64,000 bases of DNA from Octopus vulgaris (lineage: Eukaryota). The position numbers were made by a program, and so were the translations under genes. Where the stretch lies: NCBI GenBank assembly GCA_951406725.2, contig OX597817.1:104470001-104534000 (forward strand), read 5' to 3'. The notes under the pieces are model-generated. The model was not told where the DNA came from. It saw nothing but the letters and a program-made list of their open reading frames with translations, and searched no databases. The stretch's first letter is position 1, and each line of letters begins with the position of its first letter. Positions 49,417-63,610 of this stretch are shown in pieces.

Positions 49417-50882
49417 GTTTACGTCAGAAGGTTTTTTTAGGAGTACGTAATTACTGTAACATTCATGTTCTTCATCTGCCAGTTTTCTCAGGATTAGATG
49501 CGATTTCATGTCATCTTCCTCATATTTGCCCTCTTTATTGAAGATCTGTTCATATCTTCTATAGTTTACCTTGAAGCTAACTCCTTCGTCTGATTCATAT
49601 TTAAACTCTGTTATTGAGTTTGCAGCATAATCTGGCGAGAACATTTTTTCAGCACTTCTTAACAACTTACTATTCATTAATTGCAGCATTTATTGCTGTA
49701 ATAGTAATTGTTGTTGTTCTTGCAATTGTTGTTGTTGCTGTTTTTGCAACTCAAACAAACCGGCCAACAATTCTTCCATAATTTACAAATTTTTATACTG
49801 TAAAATTCACACAAACAGCTTTGTGAGTTTTGTAACTCCTTGTGAGTTTGTTTAATGCTCATGAGTTTGTTAATTCCTTGTCATATGGGAGGGGTGTCTC
49901 ATTGTTACTATTATCTCTATAACAGTTTGAATTACAAAATTACTTTCTATTTGTTCAGTACTCTAACTCGTTAATGTTATATTTAATCCCTTCTACAGAA
50001 TCTTTTATCTTATTGTATATTTCTTCTGATCAAATACATTTCATGTCAACATCATCATCATTTAACATTTACTTTTCCATGCTTGCATGGATCAGACAGA
50101 ATTTCTTGAGGCAGATTTTCTATGGCCAGATGTCCTTCCTGTCACCAGCCCTAATCTGTTTCGTTGATTTTATGAGATTATTATTTTAATTTGCCACATT
50201 GCAAATGTTCTTTATATTAAAAAATTGTATCTGTTCTGAGATGTTGGCAGCCCTTGAGCAAATTGTGCATTGCAGAGGAGGTCTAATAAAGCTCAAAATG
50301 TCTTCAGAATTTTTAGCTAATTGAAATTTAATGAGCTCTTTCCCTTGCACCTGATATCAACGACTTTTCATTAGGGTTGTAATTATATCATCATTATCAT
50401 CATCATCATCATCAACATTTAATGTCCATATTCCATGCTGGGATGGGTTGTATGGCTTGACAGTAACAGGCAAGGCCAGGAGCCAAACCAGATACCATAG
50501 CCTGTTTTGGCTTGGTTTCTATGGCTCAATGCCCTTACTAACACCCACCACTTTACTAAGTGTACAAGGTGCTTTTTATGTGGCACTGTCACCTTCAAAT
50601 TTAATTACTACTCACCACTTCAAGTATTTACTTCTAAGTTGTCCACAGCATGATTCAGTCTTAGAAATGCAAAGTAAATAATTACTTGCTATCTACATGG
50701 TCTTGAGAGAATGAATGTTGTATTAATGAGTTGTTGATCCAACTCTAAATGTAAACCATCATCTTTATATGCATCACCATTTAACTACTAGACATAATAT
50801 ATATTACTCTTTACTAGTTAAAAGATATACATTTGCTTATTGGTTTATTTTCCATTCAAGCAAATACTTTTTTTCTTTGTAG

Positions 50883-50967
50883 ACCTTTCCGTATATATGA
50901 TGCTCACACTGGGACACAGTCTTGGGACCGTGTGCATAGACTTGACAAAGGAAGGGTGTATCAACAG
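50883..50967 (+). CDS. NT5DC3: NT5DC3-like exon 11
   Basis: tgtag…|gtaagc; RPFRIYDAHTGTQSWDRVHRLDKGRVYQQ. Confidence 0.95.
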
Positions 50968-51083
50968 GTAAGCTACAAATTTGAGGAAATATTTTGAAGG
51001 ATTTTATCATGAATTTTTTTTTATTAAATATTTACTTGATTGAAATATTGAAGTTATGTGTCTGAGATTCATAAAAACCAGTA

Positions 51084-51226
51084 TTCTTTTCTACTCTAGG
51101 CACGAAGACCGAAATTTTTGGGGAAGGGGCCAGTTGATTAGATTGACCTCAGTATGCAACTGGCACTTAATTTATCAACCCCAAAAGGATGAAAGGCAAA
51201 GTTGACCTCGGTGGAAGTTGAACTCA
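51084..51226 (-). mobile_element. 5'-truncated SINE with a 14-bp target-site duplication
   Basis: CATAAAAACCAGTA at 51070-51083 and 51227-51240. Confidence 0.85.
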
Positions 51227-53254
51227 CATAAAAACCAGTACTATAAAAAAAATAATAATTTATTGCTAAAACTTAATATTGTCTCCAATTAAAAATGCTG
51301 GTCTTAATTTGCTGCTCTGTATTCTTAAATTATCTCTCTTTAATTTATATTTTTAATCAAATAAAATCCTTACATGCAGCCAGCGTCTTGTTTTTCACCA
51401 TCTTCCTCCTTGATGTGCTCAAATAATGGGCAAGGAGGAAGATGTGGTTTTCCTATTAAGTTAGTCAGTCTTGAACCTACAAACCCTTTTGGCTGGAGCT
51501 TATCATAGTTTACAAAGTGTTTAAGTAATTGTGAGTACAAGACTGCCCTCACCCAACCCCCAAATGAGACACCTGTCTATTGCAGGGTTCAAGTCACACT
51601 CCAACCCCCAGTTAAATGAACTGGAGCAACACAAAATGAAGTGCTTTGCTCAAGAACATTCCAAGAATTGAACTCATGACTTAACAATCATGAGTCCAAC
51701 ACCAACACCCAAACCCACTGTGCTATGCACCTTCATGGACTTATTATACCTCTTTATATTGTATCATATTGAATTCAGTTGTAATTTATTAAGGAAAGAC
51801 AAAATAACTAAAGATATCAAACAGCTAGGTGCTGAATCATGAGGTTACATCTTACAGTCTTGATGTCATTTTCTGAGCTGGAGATTAGGTTTCAGGTCCA
51901 TTCCAGAAAAATAACATCATAATCAAATGTTCTGTTCCTGTGAGAATTCATCTATCATTGACTTTTTAAATTCTGAGGCTAGTGACAAGCCTTGTTAATT
52001 TCAGGATTCTAAAAGAGCTAATTACTTTTTCTATTACATCTAATTATAAGTTTTGTGGTTGTGTGGTAAAGAATTGTATCATATTGCATTGGTCCTGTGA
52101 ATATCATTCCCTTCATCTGAACATTCAATGCCTTTCCCTTATCAGTGATAATGTTTTAGTATTACCAAGCACATCCTGACACAAATTACATTCTCCAACT
52201 TCCTTGCAAGTATCTAAATTTCTATGACACTCTAAGTCTTCTACTATGGTTTAATATACTTCAATCGCAGAAGCTCAAACAAGGAAGTCTGTATTTGGTT
52301 ACTCAACTTGCTAGAATAGCAACCTTCAAAACACACCCTGCTATCTTTAAAAAAATACACAGTCTGGGTAAACTATTTCCCCAAAACAAGATGGGTTTAA
52401 TGTGATATCAATGCTGACTTTAAACTAAATAACAAATCAGTAGTTATGTTGGTAAAAATAGAAAGAGAAGTGGAAAAGTAGGAGTGATATAAGAACATAG
52501 AAGAGTTTATGTGAAGCATGCTGACCATACTGAAGAAGTAGATATGTAGTGCATTTAGAGTAGTTTTGAGAATTATAATGAATAATCTGTTGACAGGTTA
52601 CCTCACTGTTTCTGTAATATAGATATATCATCCAGAAATAGGATTAATAAAATGTGTATCCTTGGAAGATAGTGAAAAATAGCTTAGTGTGGATAGCCTT
52701 GCCATTACACTTTAAGATACATATATGAACAGAGAGAAATATGTTGGGAAACTCATATAGTTAATAACTTACTACAAGCTACCTCCAAGTAAATCCTGTG
52801 AAGAAACTGAAGTGTCATAAAGTAAGCAATGTGGAATTGTATTGTAGATAACAATTTAAGAAATAACTGAGAAGCCATTGGGTTTCCTCATGAGAAGATA
52901 AATGGTAAGAAAATTGTATATGGTGAGGATAATATGAATGAATGAGTATTTTAGATGGAATTAGGTCTATAGAGACAAATGTGTCTGAAACTGTATGGAT
53001 ACTGCAACAGCAAACCACTATCAACATCTAAACAACTGCAACTCACACAAATTTCTAGTCTGTTATTTGTTAAGTGAGAAGTTAGGGAAGAAATGTTTAA
53101 CTTGTTTTACATAATGAGTGAAAAAAAAAATACCATTCTTCCATTATTATTACTTAAGTAATTCTAATTTAGTAAGAAATTTCAGTAACAAAATATTTTT
53201 GAAATTCTATGTAGAAATGTAATGTTTAACTTTCAATCATATTTTTATTTCTAG

Positions 53255-53341
53255 GGCAATTTTTCACTTTTGCGACAGATGACAGGATGGTTTGGTTCAA
53301 AGGTGTTTTATTTTGGTGATCATGTTTACAGTGACCTAGCA
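53255..53341 (+). CDS. NT5DC3: NT5DC3-like exon 12 (HAD motif IV, GDHVYSD)
   Basis: tctag…|gtaagt; [29 protein letters not shown]. Confidence 0.96.
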
Positions 53342-55339
53342 GTAAGTCAGTCTTTTTCTTTTACTTCCTTCTATCAACTAAACTGAATTCTTTTCTTTTT
53401 AAACAAGAAACTTGTACAAAACACTTTATTCGATATACAAAGACGGGAGCTGCTGTGTGGCTGCTTAAGAGACATCAAATAATGTAGTCATAGCTGAAAA
53501 ACATTTGAAAATGATCATGGCTGCAACATCTTTGATCATAGTTCCTAAGGGAGAAACAATAACTTTATCTTAACTTTCCTTCTTGTAGTTTTACTCCTTG
53601 ATTCCTAATTAAATGGAAATAATCTAAATTAGTTTCACCAAACATCCCAGTTTGGGCCCCATAATGCCTGGGCATCTGTTCACTGTCTTTCTTTACACTC
53701 ACAAATGTAAGAAAAGTTATATTAAACTTATATTTGATATAAACAATGGTGTACTCAATGAGAATTTTATTTAGGTTTTTCATTTTTAATTGTTATTTTC
53801 TCCCTAATAAGAAAAATTGGTATTTAACTCTAGTTTTAAAACTTCAAAAAAAAAAAAGGAAAAAGAATATTATTGTTTATTGTCACTAAAGGAATGGCAA
53901 CAGCCATGAAACTTTTTACAAAGTCCCCAAGACTGGTGCGACAAAGCAGCGAAGAAACCAGAAGTTTGGTCAGAATGCTTACAACAGAGTGAACAGTACT
54001 AAAGGACTCGAGAGTTAGATGGTAATGTTAAACTGGGTGATGGTTTAAGCTTACTACCCAAGAACAAACACTTGCAGTGATAATTCATCCTATTAAATGT
54101 GAATGTTCTGTTAGAACAAGCTAACAGAACATCAATGTTTAAGTGGGGATAAATATTACGTCTCAGTATTGATACTGCCTCTATTACTAATGTTATCTTT
54201 TTAACCAGTTTGTAAAAACTAACACTTCCTTTTTCCGAGCTGAGATTTGAAACCGAATCTAAGGTTTATCACTTGTCTGCTCCACTACTGGCCAAACAGG
54301 CACGAAAGTAATTTCTTTGTCTTGTCAAAAAGTGATGGATGGATTTCTCTTCGACCTCTGACCTGAGCTGTGTCATTTAAAGTTCAAGTGGACAGGAAGC
54401 AACTTACATAGGTAGAAATTACTCCTATAGTATGTCTGTCCTTCTAGCTGTCATGACCAGTCAGACACATGATAGCCATCAACAAGCAAACGGTCAAAAT
54501 AGACAGCCAGCAGTTAACTTGCACCATTCAAGCAGCCAACACAGAACCACATATTCAGTATGAATGACCCAATACAGTAGCAGTCACAGAACAGAAACAG
54601 ACACAACTGAATGACCAACGCACATGCAGACACAAAACATGCCCAGTCCTACCTCATCACATTGACACAATATTTCCCCTGTTTATTTTTTACTTTACCA
54701 ACTCGAAGCAAGTTGGTAATGTCATGTAGCAGATTTTCTGGTGGATACAACACATAAATGCAAGTGTCAATTAGATAAATTATTTAAACCACAATCAATG
54801 CTTTCCCATTGTTTTACTTTGATGTCATCCACATGTCTATTTCATCTGCTACCTCAACAATATCTTTTGTTACATATCCCGCTACAAGTTCATCTAATGC
54901 CTTGTACAGTTTCTGTCCTACCCACTGTTACTTACAAGGTTTGGTTTGAACTATAGAGAGTAATATACCTAGATGCAAAGCAAACTTCTGACTATGCCTC
55001 TCCCCATACAATATATTCAAGCTTTTGGTCACAGAAGTGGAAATTCAAGCACCTTCATAAAATCAATATTTAACTTTACCTTAGCATGTTTATGTTACCT
55101 AGTATTTTGTAATTGGCCTCCCCCACATTATAGAAGCTCCTGAAAATCTTGCTGTCATATAGAGTATTATAGTACACAATCTTTTTCATGCTAAATGGGA
55201 AAATACATTTTGCATTACATAATTCATATTACAGCAAAATGTTTGTAAATGCACCACTTCTGTAATGCAGGGGATGCCTACATGTGGAAATAATTCCTTG
55301 ATATAGAAATTTATTTATTGATTATTTTTCTTATTATAG

Positions 55340-55393
55340 GATGTTGCCCTGAGGCATGGCTGGAGAACTGGAGCTATCATTCCTGAACTTGAG
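55340..55393 (+). CDS. NT5DC3: NT5DC3-like exon 13
   Basis: tatag…|gtatgt; DVALRHGWRTGAIIPELE. Confidence 0.96.
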
Positions 55394-55867
55394 GTATGTG
55401 GTAAATGCAATTACTCAGCGTCTTAAACTAAGACTTTAATTGATTTTATTGAAATTGGTGATAGAGCTATTATTGGAATTATATCTTAAAATGTATCAAA
55501 TATTTATTTAAAATTACATTAAACTATAAAATTATTTTCATATCCATTTAAACATCAGGTAAAGAACTGACTAATCTCATTATGGGTTCATCTCTGATTG
55601 TTTAATAAATTTGGAATTATTATTTCAGATGTTTACATATCTGCATTACTGTGATTAGTTTATATTTATTCTGCACACTAGAGCAGATAAAATCATTCGT
55701 TTGATAGGGTGTGGGAAAGTACAAACAGATGGTTTAATCAGCTTCAGAACTTACTAACTGGTACTTATTTGTTTATTGCAAACCATTTTATCAGCATATA
55801 CAATACTATTCTGTTACAGTTTTCAAAATTTGTGATTCTGATATATTCTCAATGCTGTGTGCAATAA

Positions 55868-56500
55868 AGCCTGGTGCAGCACTCCAGCTTGCCAGCTTCT
55901 GTCAAACCATCTAACCCATGCCAACATGGAAGATGGATGTTAAATGATGATGATGATCCAGTAGACCCTTATTTGTTGCCAATTTTGTGTTAAACTATAA
56001 CCTGTTGCCTGGTTTAAGATTACTACCTTACACTAAGGTGCCTTAACAGAGTTCATTCTGTGTTCTCTGTGGCACATGTCCAACAGAAGTATTGCCAGAT
56101 ATCATCTTTTTGCTTGTTTAAACTGGTGGATAGGTTTGCTCCACAGAGCCCACTGGAAATTCAATTTTCACAGATGTAGGATAAGCCCTTAAAGAAGTTT
56201 TTTAAAAAATTTTCATGCATCCTAATACATGAAATTTAACATCTCTTTGTCTTCAATTGTTCTAAAGAGTTTTAACCAATATAGATAATCATCCATCATG
56301 ATCATCATTTAACATCTGTTTTCTATGCTGGCATGGGTTGGCTGGTTTGATGAGCTGGCCAGCTGAAGAGCTGCCTGGACTCCATGTCTGTTTTGACGTG
56401 GTTTCTACTGCTGGATGCTTTTCCTAATGCCAACCACTTTACAGAATGTACTTGGTGCTTTTATGCAGCACCAGCATGGGTGCTTTTACATAGTACCAGC
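55868..56500. mobile_element. Two convergent RTE 3' tail fragments (55868-55957 +; ~56290-56500 -)
   Basis: Both carry AACCCATGCCA(A/G)CAT…GTTAAATGATGAT, in opposite orientation. Confidence 0.7.
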
Positions 56501-59500
56501 ACTCATGAGGCCACAAGATTAGGATTGCTCAGCTGAAGAAGGACGTAAATGACATGCCTGTATGCAAGACATCTGCGGTTTTATTTAGCTTGATGTGTCT
56601 TCTCAAGCTCAGCAATCCATCAGTAGTCTGTATCCCTTGTAAATCCCTCTGTGAAACCCAATGTCTGAAGATCCTTTCTCACCACTTCGATTCCCAACTA
56701 ATACAACATGTCTGTTGGCAAACATTCATTGGCAATATATTATTCATTTCTTGTCATGATTACGGGGTCAGACTTAGGAAATACAAAGGGAATATAACAG
56801 ATAATGCTTTCTGTCTAAATATTTTGAATTGATGTTATTTCTTAAAAACAACTTTGCTAATTTTTCAGCACTTTTATTTGTTTCTCCAAGTATATTTATG
56901 ATTGAAGATATTGAGACAAGGTAGCAGAATCATTAGTGCTGGTTGGAGTGTTTTGTGGTATTTATTCAGCTCTTTACACTGTGCTCTAAGTGCCAATCTT
57001 GTGGAGGTCAACTTTCTCTTTGATGCTTTGTGAGTCAATAAACAAAGTACCAGTCAAGTACTGGGGTCAGTTCTTTCTCTGGGTTGTACCTGTAATTCTA
57101 AGGTCCATCCTTGCCACATTCAGCTTGAGAATTGTTTACAAGCACACATGTCTGTGGAATACTCAGCCACTTACCCTTTATTTTCACAAGAAACAGTTCA
57201 GTTATTTGAACCACCAAAAGTTCATCTTTAAGACTGACAGAGACTCCAACACTGCCAACACTGGTAGAGCCACTTATAAACAGAAAGTTCTCTGATCCTT
57301 TGGTACTTTTCATTTCAAAATTAAATTTTGAATGTGCTTAAAATTATCCAACACATCCAATTTAAAATAAAATTCTATCTTTCATTTTGGCTATTGTGTG
57401 TGTAATATCAACTTGTATGAAAAGTAGGGCACATATGAGCTGAGAGAATGATTGGATAGTAAAAGCATTGTCTTTAATTTTACAGGAGAAATTGATATAC
57501 TTTTTTTTGTCTATAAGCGCAAAATGCAAAATTTTATTGAAGTCCTTTCTACGAAAGGTGGGAAAATGCATTACAATGCCTGCATTCACATTTGCATACA
57601 GTAACAAATTGCAAGAGACAATATTTCAGCCCATAATTAACCAAAGCAGACATAAAAAAATAAGAGATACAAACCATCTACTTTAACATGGACTCAATAT
57701 TCAAATGTTATGATTTGGTGATGTGAAATTGTATTTTATATTAGAAGATTTTTTTCTTGTTTAATATACTGATATTAACATATGATACAAATGGGTGATG
57801 AAATATGTTTCCTCTAATTTTGTTGCTATGGATGTGTAAAGCAACTCACACTTTTTCTATCTAAAAATCAGTAAAATATTTTATCCTCTTATCGTTTTTC
57901 CTTTTACACTCATTTATAAAATTACTCCCAACAATTTTGATACAGATGTTTTTTTTTTATTAAAACTCTTTCATTATACATGAGTACTTTATTTCTTAGC
58001 ATTGAGGACATTATTTCCTCCCTAAAATATGTCAGGAAATTTTACTAGAAATTTGCTTGTATACAAGTTTTGTCTTTCTTTGCTAAGTATGTCTACATCC
58101 ATGTCAGTAATTATCATGCAATATTCCTATTTCATCTTGAAAAACTTGTGTGTGCACATTTTTTCTATTGTGCAGTAGTTGTCAAACATGTGGGTGCTCA
58201 TGTACAATAGCAGAGCTTAGAGGGAACACTGATTGTTAGTGCTGAATATTTACAGTTGTTGTTATTATTGTTTAAATCCAGGTGAGCCCTGAACAAACTT
58301 AGTTATAACTAAAAGCATTCTAGCCATGACCATCCTTGTTTATTCTCAGACACAATGTATCTAGCATTTCAGTCAATATTTCTACTCTTTAAGATGGTAG
58401 ATAGTGATTTATGAGAGATTTTGCTACTATATCTAGCAGTTCTAGTGACCACATAGCTACTTCCTCATTGGCTTGTTATGTTTACTATTGAAGGAAGATT
58501 GAGAAAGCAAGCAGGAAAATTGTCAGGTCAGATCTGAACATTTTCTCCTTCCTCCAAGAGAACATAACAATGGATCTAGATGAATGGTCATATACTGTAC
58601 AACAGAATCATAAATACCGGGAAAGTATAAAAACAATTCCAGCAATGGTGATGATGATTGTGGTTGGCACTTTGACACCCCACATAATTAAACTTGTATT
58701 TTACTGTTATTTTTACACCTACAGTATTTAATCAGATATAATGCAATTTCAAATGTAATATGACTACACCTTTTGTACTTAAAAATCAATAATATATTTT
58801 ATCCTCTTATTTTTAATTACACTTGATTATAAAGCTTCTTCCAACTATTTTGACCCTGATGTTTTGAATTAATTTTTTCTCAATATGCACAAGTCCTATT
58901 TCTCACCATTGAGTATGTTGTTTCCTCCCCAAAATATGTTGAGAAAATTTAATGATTTACTGTACATTCTAAAGAATGAAGACTACATTTTTCATAAGTC
59001 ATTTTGTCACCAGAAGAGAGTTGACTATGCTAAGCTTGTGTGTCTGTATTTTAAAAGTAAAAGAAAAAAACATTAAGGATAAGTCATCAACAGGTGACTA
59101 AACCATTAACAAAATATCTTGGTGAAGTATGTAAAAGCATTAAAACCCTGATTTTTTTGTTTATTTGTTTTCCAAATGCTCAAGCCAAAATCTTTATGGT
59201 CAGAGCATCCTTGATGCCAAGAAATGCGGTAAATACTGTAGTCTTCTTTAATTAATATTACTTTATTTAGAGACTGGAAGTATATAAAAAGAATACTAAT
59301 TGTTACTTATTCTGAGTAATTAACTGCTTATAGCATGACCTAAAAACCTAAAAAATAAGTAAGGGCAACTCCAATCAAATCGCAAAGATTGTTATCTTTT
59401 ACAAACTATATAGAATGCTTACTACTACATGCATTAATTCTTGGTTTTAACTTCATGTAATTATTAACTAAAACTGACTTATATTTATGATTTTCCAACC

Positions 59501-59558
59501 TATGCAGAAAATTTATTACTATTAGTGCCAGATCTAGACACAAACTAAATAAGTTACA

Positions 59559-59753
59559 GTTTAGGACCTCATAATCCACAGGGGTTTCAAAATATTTAAA
59601 AGGCATATATCCATTACCATTTTCCAACTAGGGGACCGAGCTCACTAGGTCTAAAGTTTTGGACCTCACAATCCACAGGGGTCTCAAAATATTTTTAAAG
59701 GCATATATCTTTTACCATTTTTCAACTCATGGACTGAGCTCACTAAGTCTAAA
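59559..59753. repeat. Tandem duplication, two ~97-bp units
   Basis: GTTT(A/T)GGACCTCA(T/C)AATCCACAGGGGT…GAGCTCACTA(G/A)GTCTAAA occurs twice. Confidence 0.9.
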
Positions 59754-60617
59754 TCTGGGTTTGACTACTGCATACATTAGTACTTGTTGTTGACTTTATG
59801 TTATTGTTACTTACAAACTAACCTAAAACATTTTAGGTTTTTGGAAATTAAATCAGTTTAAAAACTTACTTATAAAACTTAATCGTTTCCACTCAGCCCA
59901 AACATAAAAGCATAAAAACAAACAGCTCATGTAATAACTGCAGTAATAACTGCAGCATCGTTAACCATAAACATTTTGCTGGGATGAATAGCAATAGTTA
60001 TGTTCTAACTAACTCCACTTTGCCTGCCTTTGCCAGAGCCAGCACCAGAATCTGCAGGCATATGAGGAAACTTCTATATGGTTGCTTGACTGCCAAAAGC
60101 CCTTCAAAGAGATAACATGTCCTTCATAAAAATAGCAGCCAAATATCCTACATATTACATATCACCAGCTCAAAAAAAAAAAAAAAGAGCACATTGATTA
60201 ATATGGTCCTAGATATACTATGCCTGAAATAAAAAATAAAACTGGGTGGTTATGGCTGAAATGTTTTTGATTACTGGTCTGCTCAAGCTGATCTGGGGCT
60301 AAACAGCAATAACAAGTATAGAGACAAGTCATTGAGGGAGTGTATGTGGTTTCTCCACCTAAACACAGCAGCTAAATCTTTCAAATCAAGCCCTATCATC
60401 TTAAGAAAGGCAGGACACATTAGACAGTGTAGTCTTGGATCCTTTGTTTTGAAAATAAGAAGGGATGACCTTGGCTGGGATGCTTTGATCATAATTCTGA
60501 ATGATCAGAGCTGGCAATGGGCTAAACAACAATACAACAGAAACACACTGGACAATGGAGAGAATACAGCATGTCCAGACTATTACAGTATGGTGGTGGT
60601 GGTGGTGGTGGTGATAA

Positions 60618-61072
60618 TACAGCAAATATTCTGCTCAATACCACAGACTTACTTGTCACTTGTTTGACCATAACCAGTTGAGCATGTCCCTTAGTGGCTG
60701 ACGATATGTGCATCTCTGATCATGAGCAGAAGTAGTGGGGGAGCATCATAGCCATATGTTGAGAGGGATTCTTTGGGGTTTGAATAATTTACCTCTGGAA
60801 ACATGGGTGTTTCATTCAACATCCTTAAACAACCCTTATTCAGGGACCTTTTGAGCAGGATGGGTTACTCGACCAGCAGAAAATTCTAACTGGGCCCCCA
60901 CCTGCAAGGTCATGTCCTGTTTATCTTGATATAAGATCACCATGTCGCGTACATATGGTTGTGATGCCTGTGCCTAGTGTACCCTTATCAGACGGGTAGT
61001 CATGATGGATACACTGGGCTTCGTATATTTTACCCCAGTGTCACTTTGATGGCATGCACTGCTCTCTCACTC

Positions 61073-61100
<28 letters not shown>
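60618..61100 (+). mobile_element. ~455-bp non-coding retroposon-like repeat with a (TAA)n tail
   Basis: Partial homologues at 9680-9888, 10480-10702 and 36143-36308; bounded by (GGT)n and (TAA)n. Confidence 0.7.
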
Positions 61101-61105
<5 letters not shown>

Positions 61106-61927
61106 CTTTTGGTATGTAGTGCTCAGGTGCACCACAACTCATTGGAAAAGAGTAAAAGAGGGCACAGAAAGCAACAGTAAGACAAAGAAAGACAGCAATA
61201 AATACCAGATGTGCATGCACAGTATACAAAATAGAACACAAAAAGACAGAAAATTGAACAGTAAAAGAGCAATAAAGAGAAATGGATGCATAGACATGTG
61301 AGGAATTGTGTTAATGAATTTTAGGAAGCATGGAATTTTTGAAGGATGCAGTGTCCTGACAGCTAGCAATCAATGTGGATAGTTAATTCCATACCTTGAC
61401 AGATCTATGGATCATGCTTAATTGTTTGGTCAATTAACTGTGTACTGTAGGAGTGTTCAATAGAAGTTGTCCTGGGAAGACATAATCATTACAACAACAA
61501 TGCTAAAAAGTTTTTTTCTCCATTGACCATTATACATACTAATGTCTAAATCAAACTCTTTCCAAGCATCATCATCATCACCACCACCATCATTATCACC
61601 ACCACCACCACCACAATCATCATCATCATCATCACCATCCTCATTTAAAATACCTTTTTCCATACTGGCATGGGTTGGATGATTTGAGATGAACTGACAA
61701 GCCAGAGGGCTGAGAAAATTTCCAATATATGTTTGGCATGATTTCTACAGCTAAATGCCTTTCCTAATGCCAACTGCTTCACAGTGTACTAGATGTTTTT
61801 TTTTTTATCCCAAATAATCTTCCCTCATATTCAAATTCCTGTTATTTATTGTAAATGTTTATCATTATATTTAAGTTTGCTAAACATGAAATGTACTTAT
61901 TTTTTGTTTCTTACTTTCACTTCTCAG

Positions 61928-62014
61928 AATGAAATAGATAAAATCAATGCCACAGACTACAAAGTAGCGGTCAGGTGGGGCATGGTTCTGCAGCAAATGA
62001 TAGAATATTGCCAG
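61928..62014 (+). CDS. NT5DC3: NT5DC3-like exon 14
   Basis: ctcag…|gttggt; NEIDKINATDYKVAVRWGMVLQQMIEYCQ. Confidence 0.88.
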
Positions 62015-62268
62015 GTTGGTTCATTTACATAATGCTAAAGGAGATTCTTCAGAAATATATGTTTTTTGATGATTTATTTTGAAAATTTAGATTTTAGTAC
62101 CTATTGCAAGTTCAGTAAATTTAGTATTGATTTAATCTGTGTTTATACTCAGGCACCATAGTACATTGATAATGTAACATATATATAGAAATTACATAGA
62201 AATTTCAAACTGAAACTAAAAAGAGAAACACGCATCTGTATGAAGTTATCATTTGTTGTTATTTTCAG

Positions 62269-62333
62269 GATACTACTGCTCTTGAAGACACAGAAATTCT
62301 AAAAGAATGGCTTCATGAAAGAGACTTAGTGAG
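62269..62333 (+). CDS. NT5DC3: NT5DC3-like exon 15 (gene continues beyond the window)
   Basis: ttcag…AG|gtaagg; DTTALEDTEILKEWLHERDLVR. The family's FN..FGS.FRT C-terminal part was not found in the window. Confidence 0.88.
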
Positions 62334-63370
62334 GTAAGGTCAATGCTAAAACTTTTAAGTTTGCATTCAACAATAACACTTTTCAATCATCATCACCATC
62401 ATCATCATTTTATATCTACTTTTCATGTTGGCATGGGCCTGGACAAGTCAAGGTCTAGTCAGTTTTTATTTGGAGAAACTATCTGCATCTCAATCAGGTG
62501 TTCTATTTTTGGCATTGAATACTAAGGCTTGAGGCCCTTTTTGATGTCAGCCAGAATGTACTGGATACATTTTAGCATGGCACCAACACTAGGGAAGTTG
62601 TCATATCTTTGACAAGACTAGAAAAGAGTCCTCTTGGTGCAATGTTGTCACCATTTATTTACTAACCATTTTACAGAGTGTATTGAGTACATTTTTTCAT
62701 AGTACCAGCTTCAGAAAGATTGCTGTCCCCTCTGTTCTATGTTGTCTTCACTTGTTCAATGCAAACATGACCAATAGGGGGAAAGAAGTTAGTGAGTGAG
62801 TATAAATACAATGAGAAAAAGGAAAAGATAATAGAGAGTGGTAAGGGAGTAAGTAATGGAAGAGAGACATAGCTGTTTCTAAGGAAAGTGAATAGAAATA
62901 CAGCGTGAGTGGCATGTGATGGAGGAAGAGGTAGAGACTGGAAGAAGATAGGGTGGTGGAAAACAGAGTAATATGAATGGAAAGTGAGAGGAAGAGAATG
63001 ATGAGTTGGAGGTGTAACAGATAAAGTGAGAAATAGATAGCAGCAGAAGTGGTAAGAGAGAGAGAGAGATAGAGATATGTCAGTAATGAGTGACATAAGG
63101 TACAGAGTGTGATAGTTACCAGTAAAGAAGGGTGAGAGCAGTGGATATTAAATACAAATACGTCTGATTAATAGGTGTGTTGAGATAGAAGTAGTATGAT
63201 AAAGGGTGATAATAAGGAGGTGAATTGAATATGGACAAATCCAACACTATCCCTTAAAACGCAGAAGGCACAGTGCAGTGAATAGGAGAGAATATTGTGA
63301 TAGACATGAGGGTGAGAGTGGAGGTGAGGAACAGATGAAGACTTAACAGGAACATAATGGGCAAGAGATG

Positions 63371-63403
<33 letters not shown>

Positions 63404-63482
63404 GGTAACTTATAAGCAAAAGAGAAAGTATTCTGAAAGCATATTCTTAGAGTAAAAGGGTGCAAAGTGTATGATGTTAGGA

Positions 63483-63610
63483 CAGGCATCCAGCCATAGA
63501 AACCATGAAAATCAAACTGGAGTCTGGTGCAGCTCCCCAGCTTGCCAGTTCTGGTCAAACCATCAAACCCATGCCAGCATGGACAATGGACATTAAACGA
63601 TGATGATGAT
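63483..63610 (+). mobile_element. RTE 3' tail fragment
   Basis: GGCATCCAGCCATAGAAAC…CCCATGCCAGCATGG…GGACATTAAACGATGATGATGAT. Confidence 0.8.

Larger units (their letters stand above)
45090..49925 (-). mobile_element. Ty3/Gypsy LTR retrotransposon, decayed (gag-PR-RT-RNase H-IN)
   Basis: Gag CCHC CFHCGKIGHVKAYC; protease LDTGS; RT AINTHHDLFKFKWLPF…AYLVDILI; RNase H ATDVSDYGVGAV; integrase FHIGHP…CRGC, RLHIDFAGP, IVFDNGTQF, YHPRSNRQAE. PPT-like tract near 45305. LTR limits uncertain. Confidence 0.92.

Noticed and set aside
54191-54669. Possible solo LTR (TG…CA)
   Set aside because: No target-site duplication or second copy in the window.
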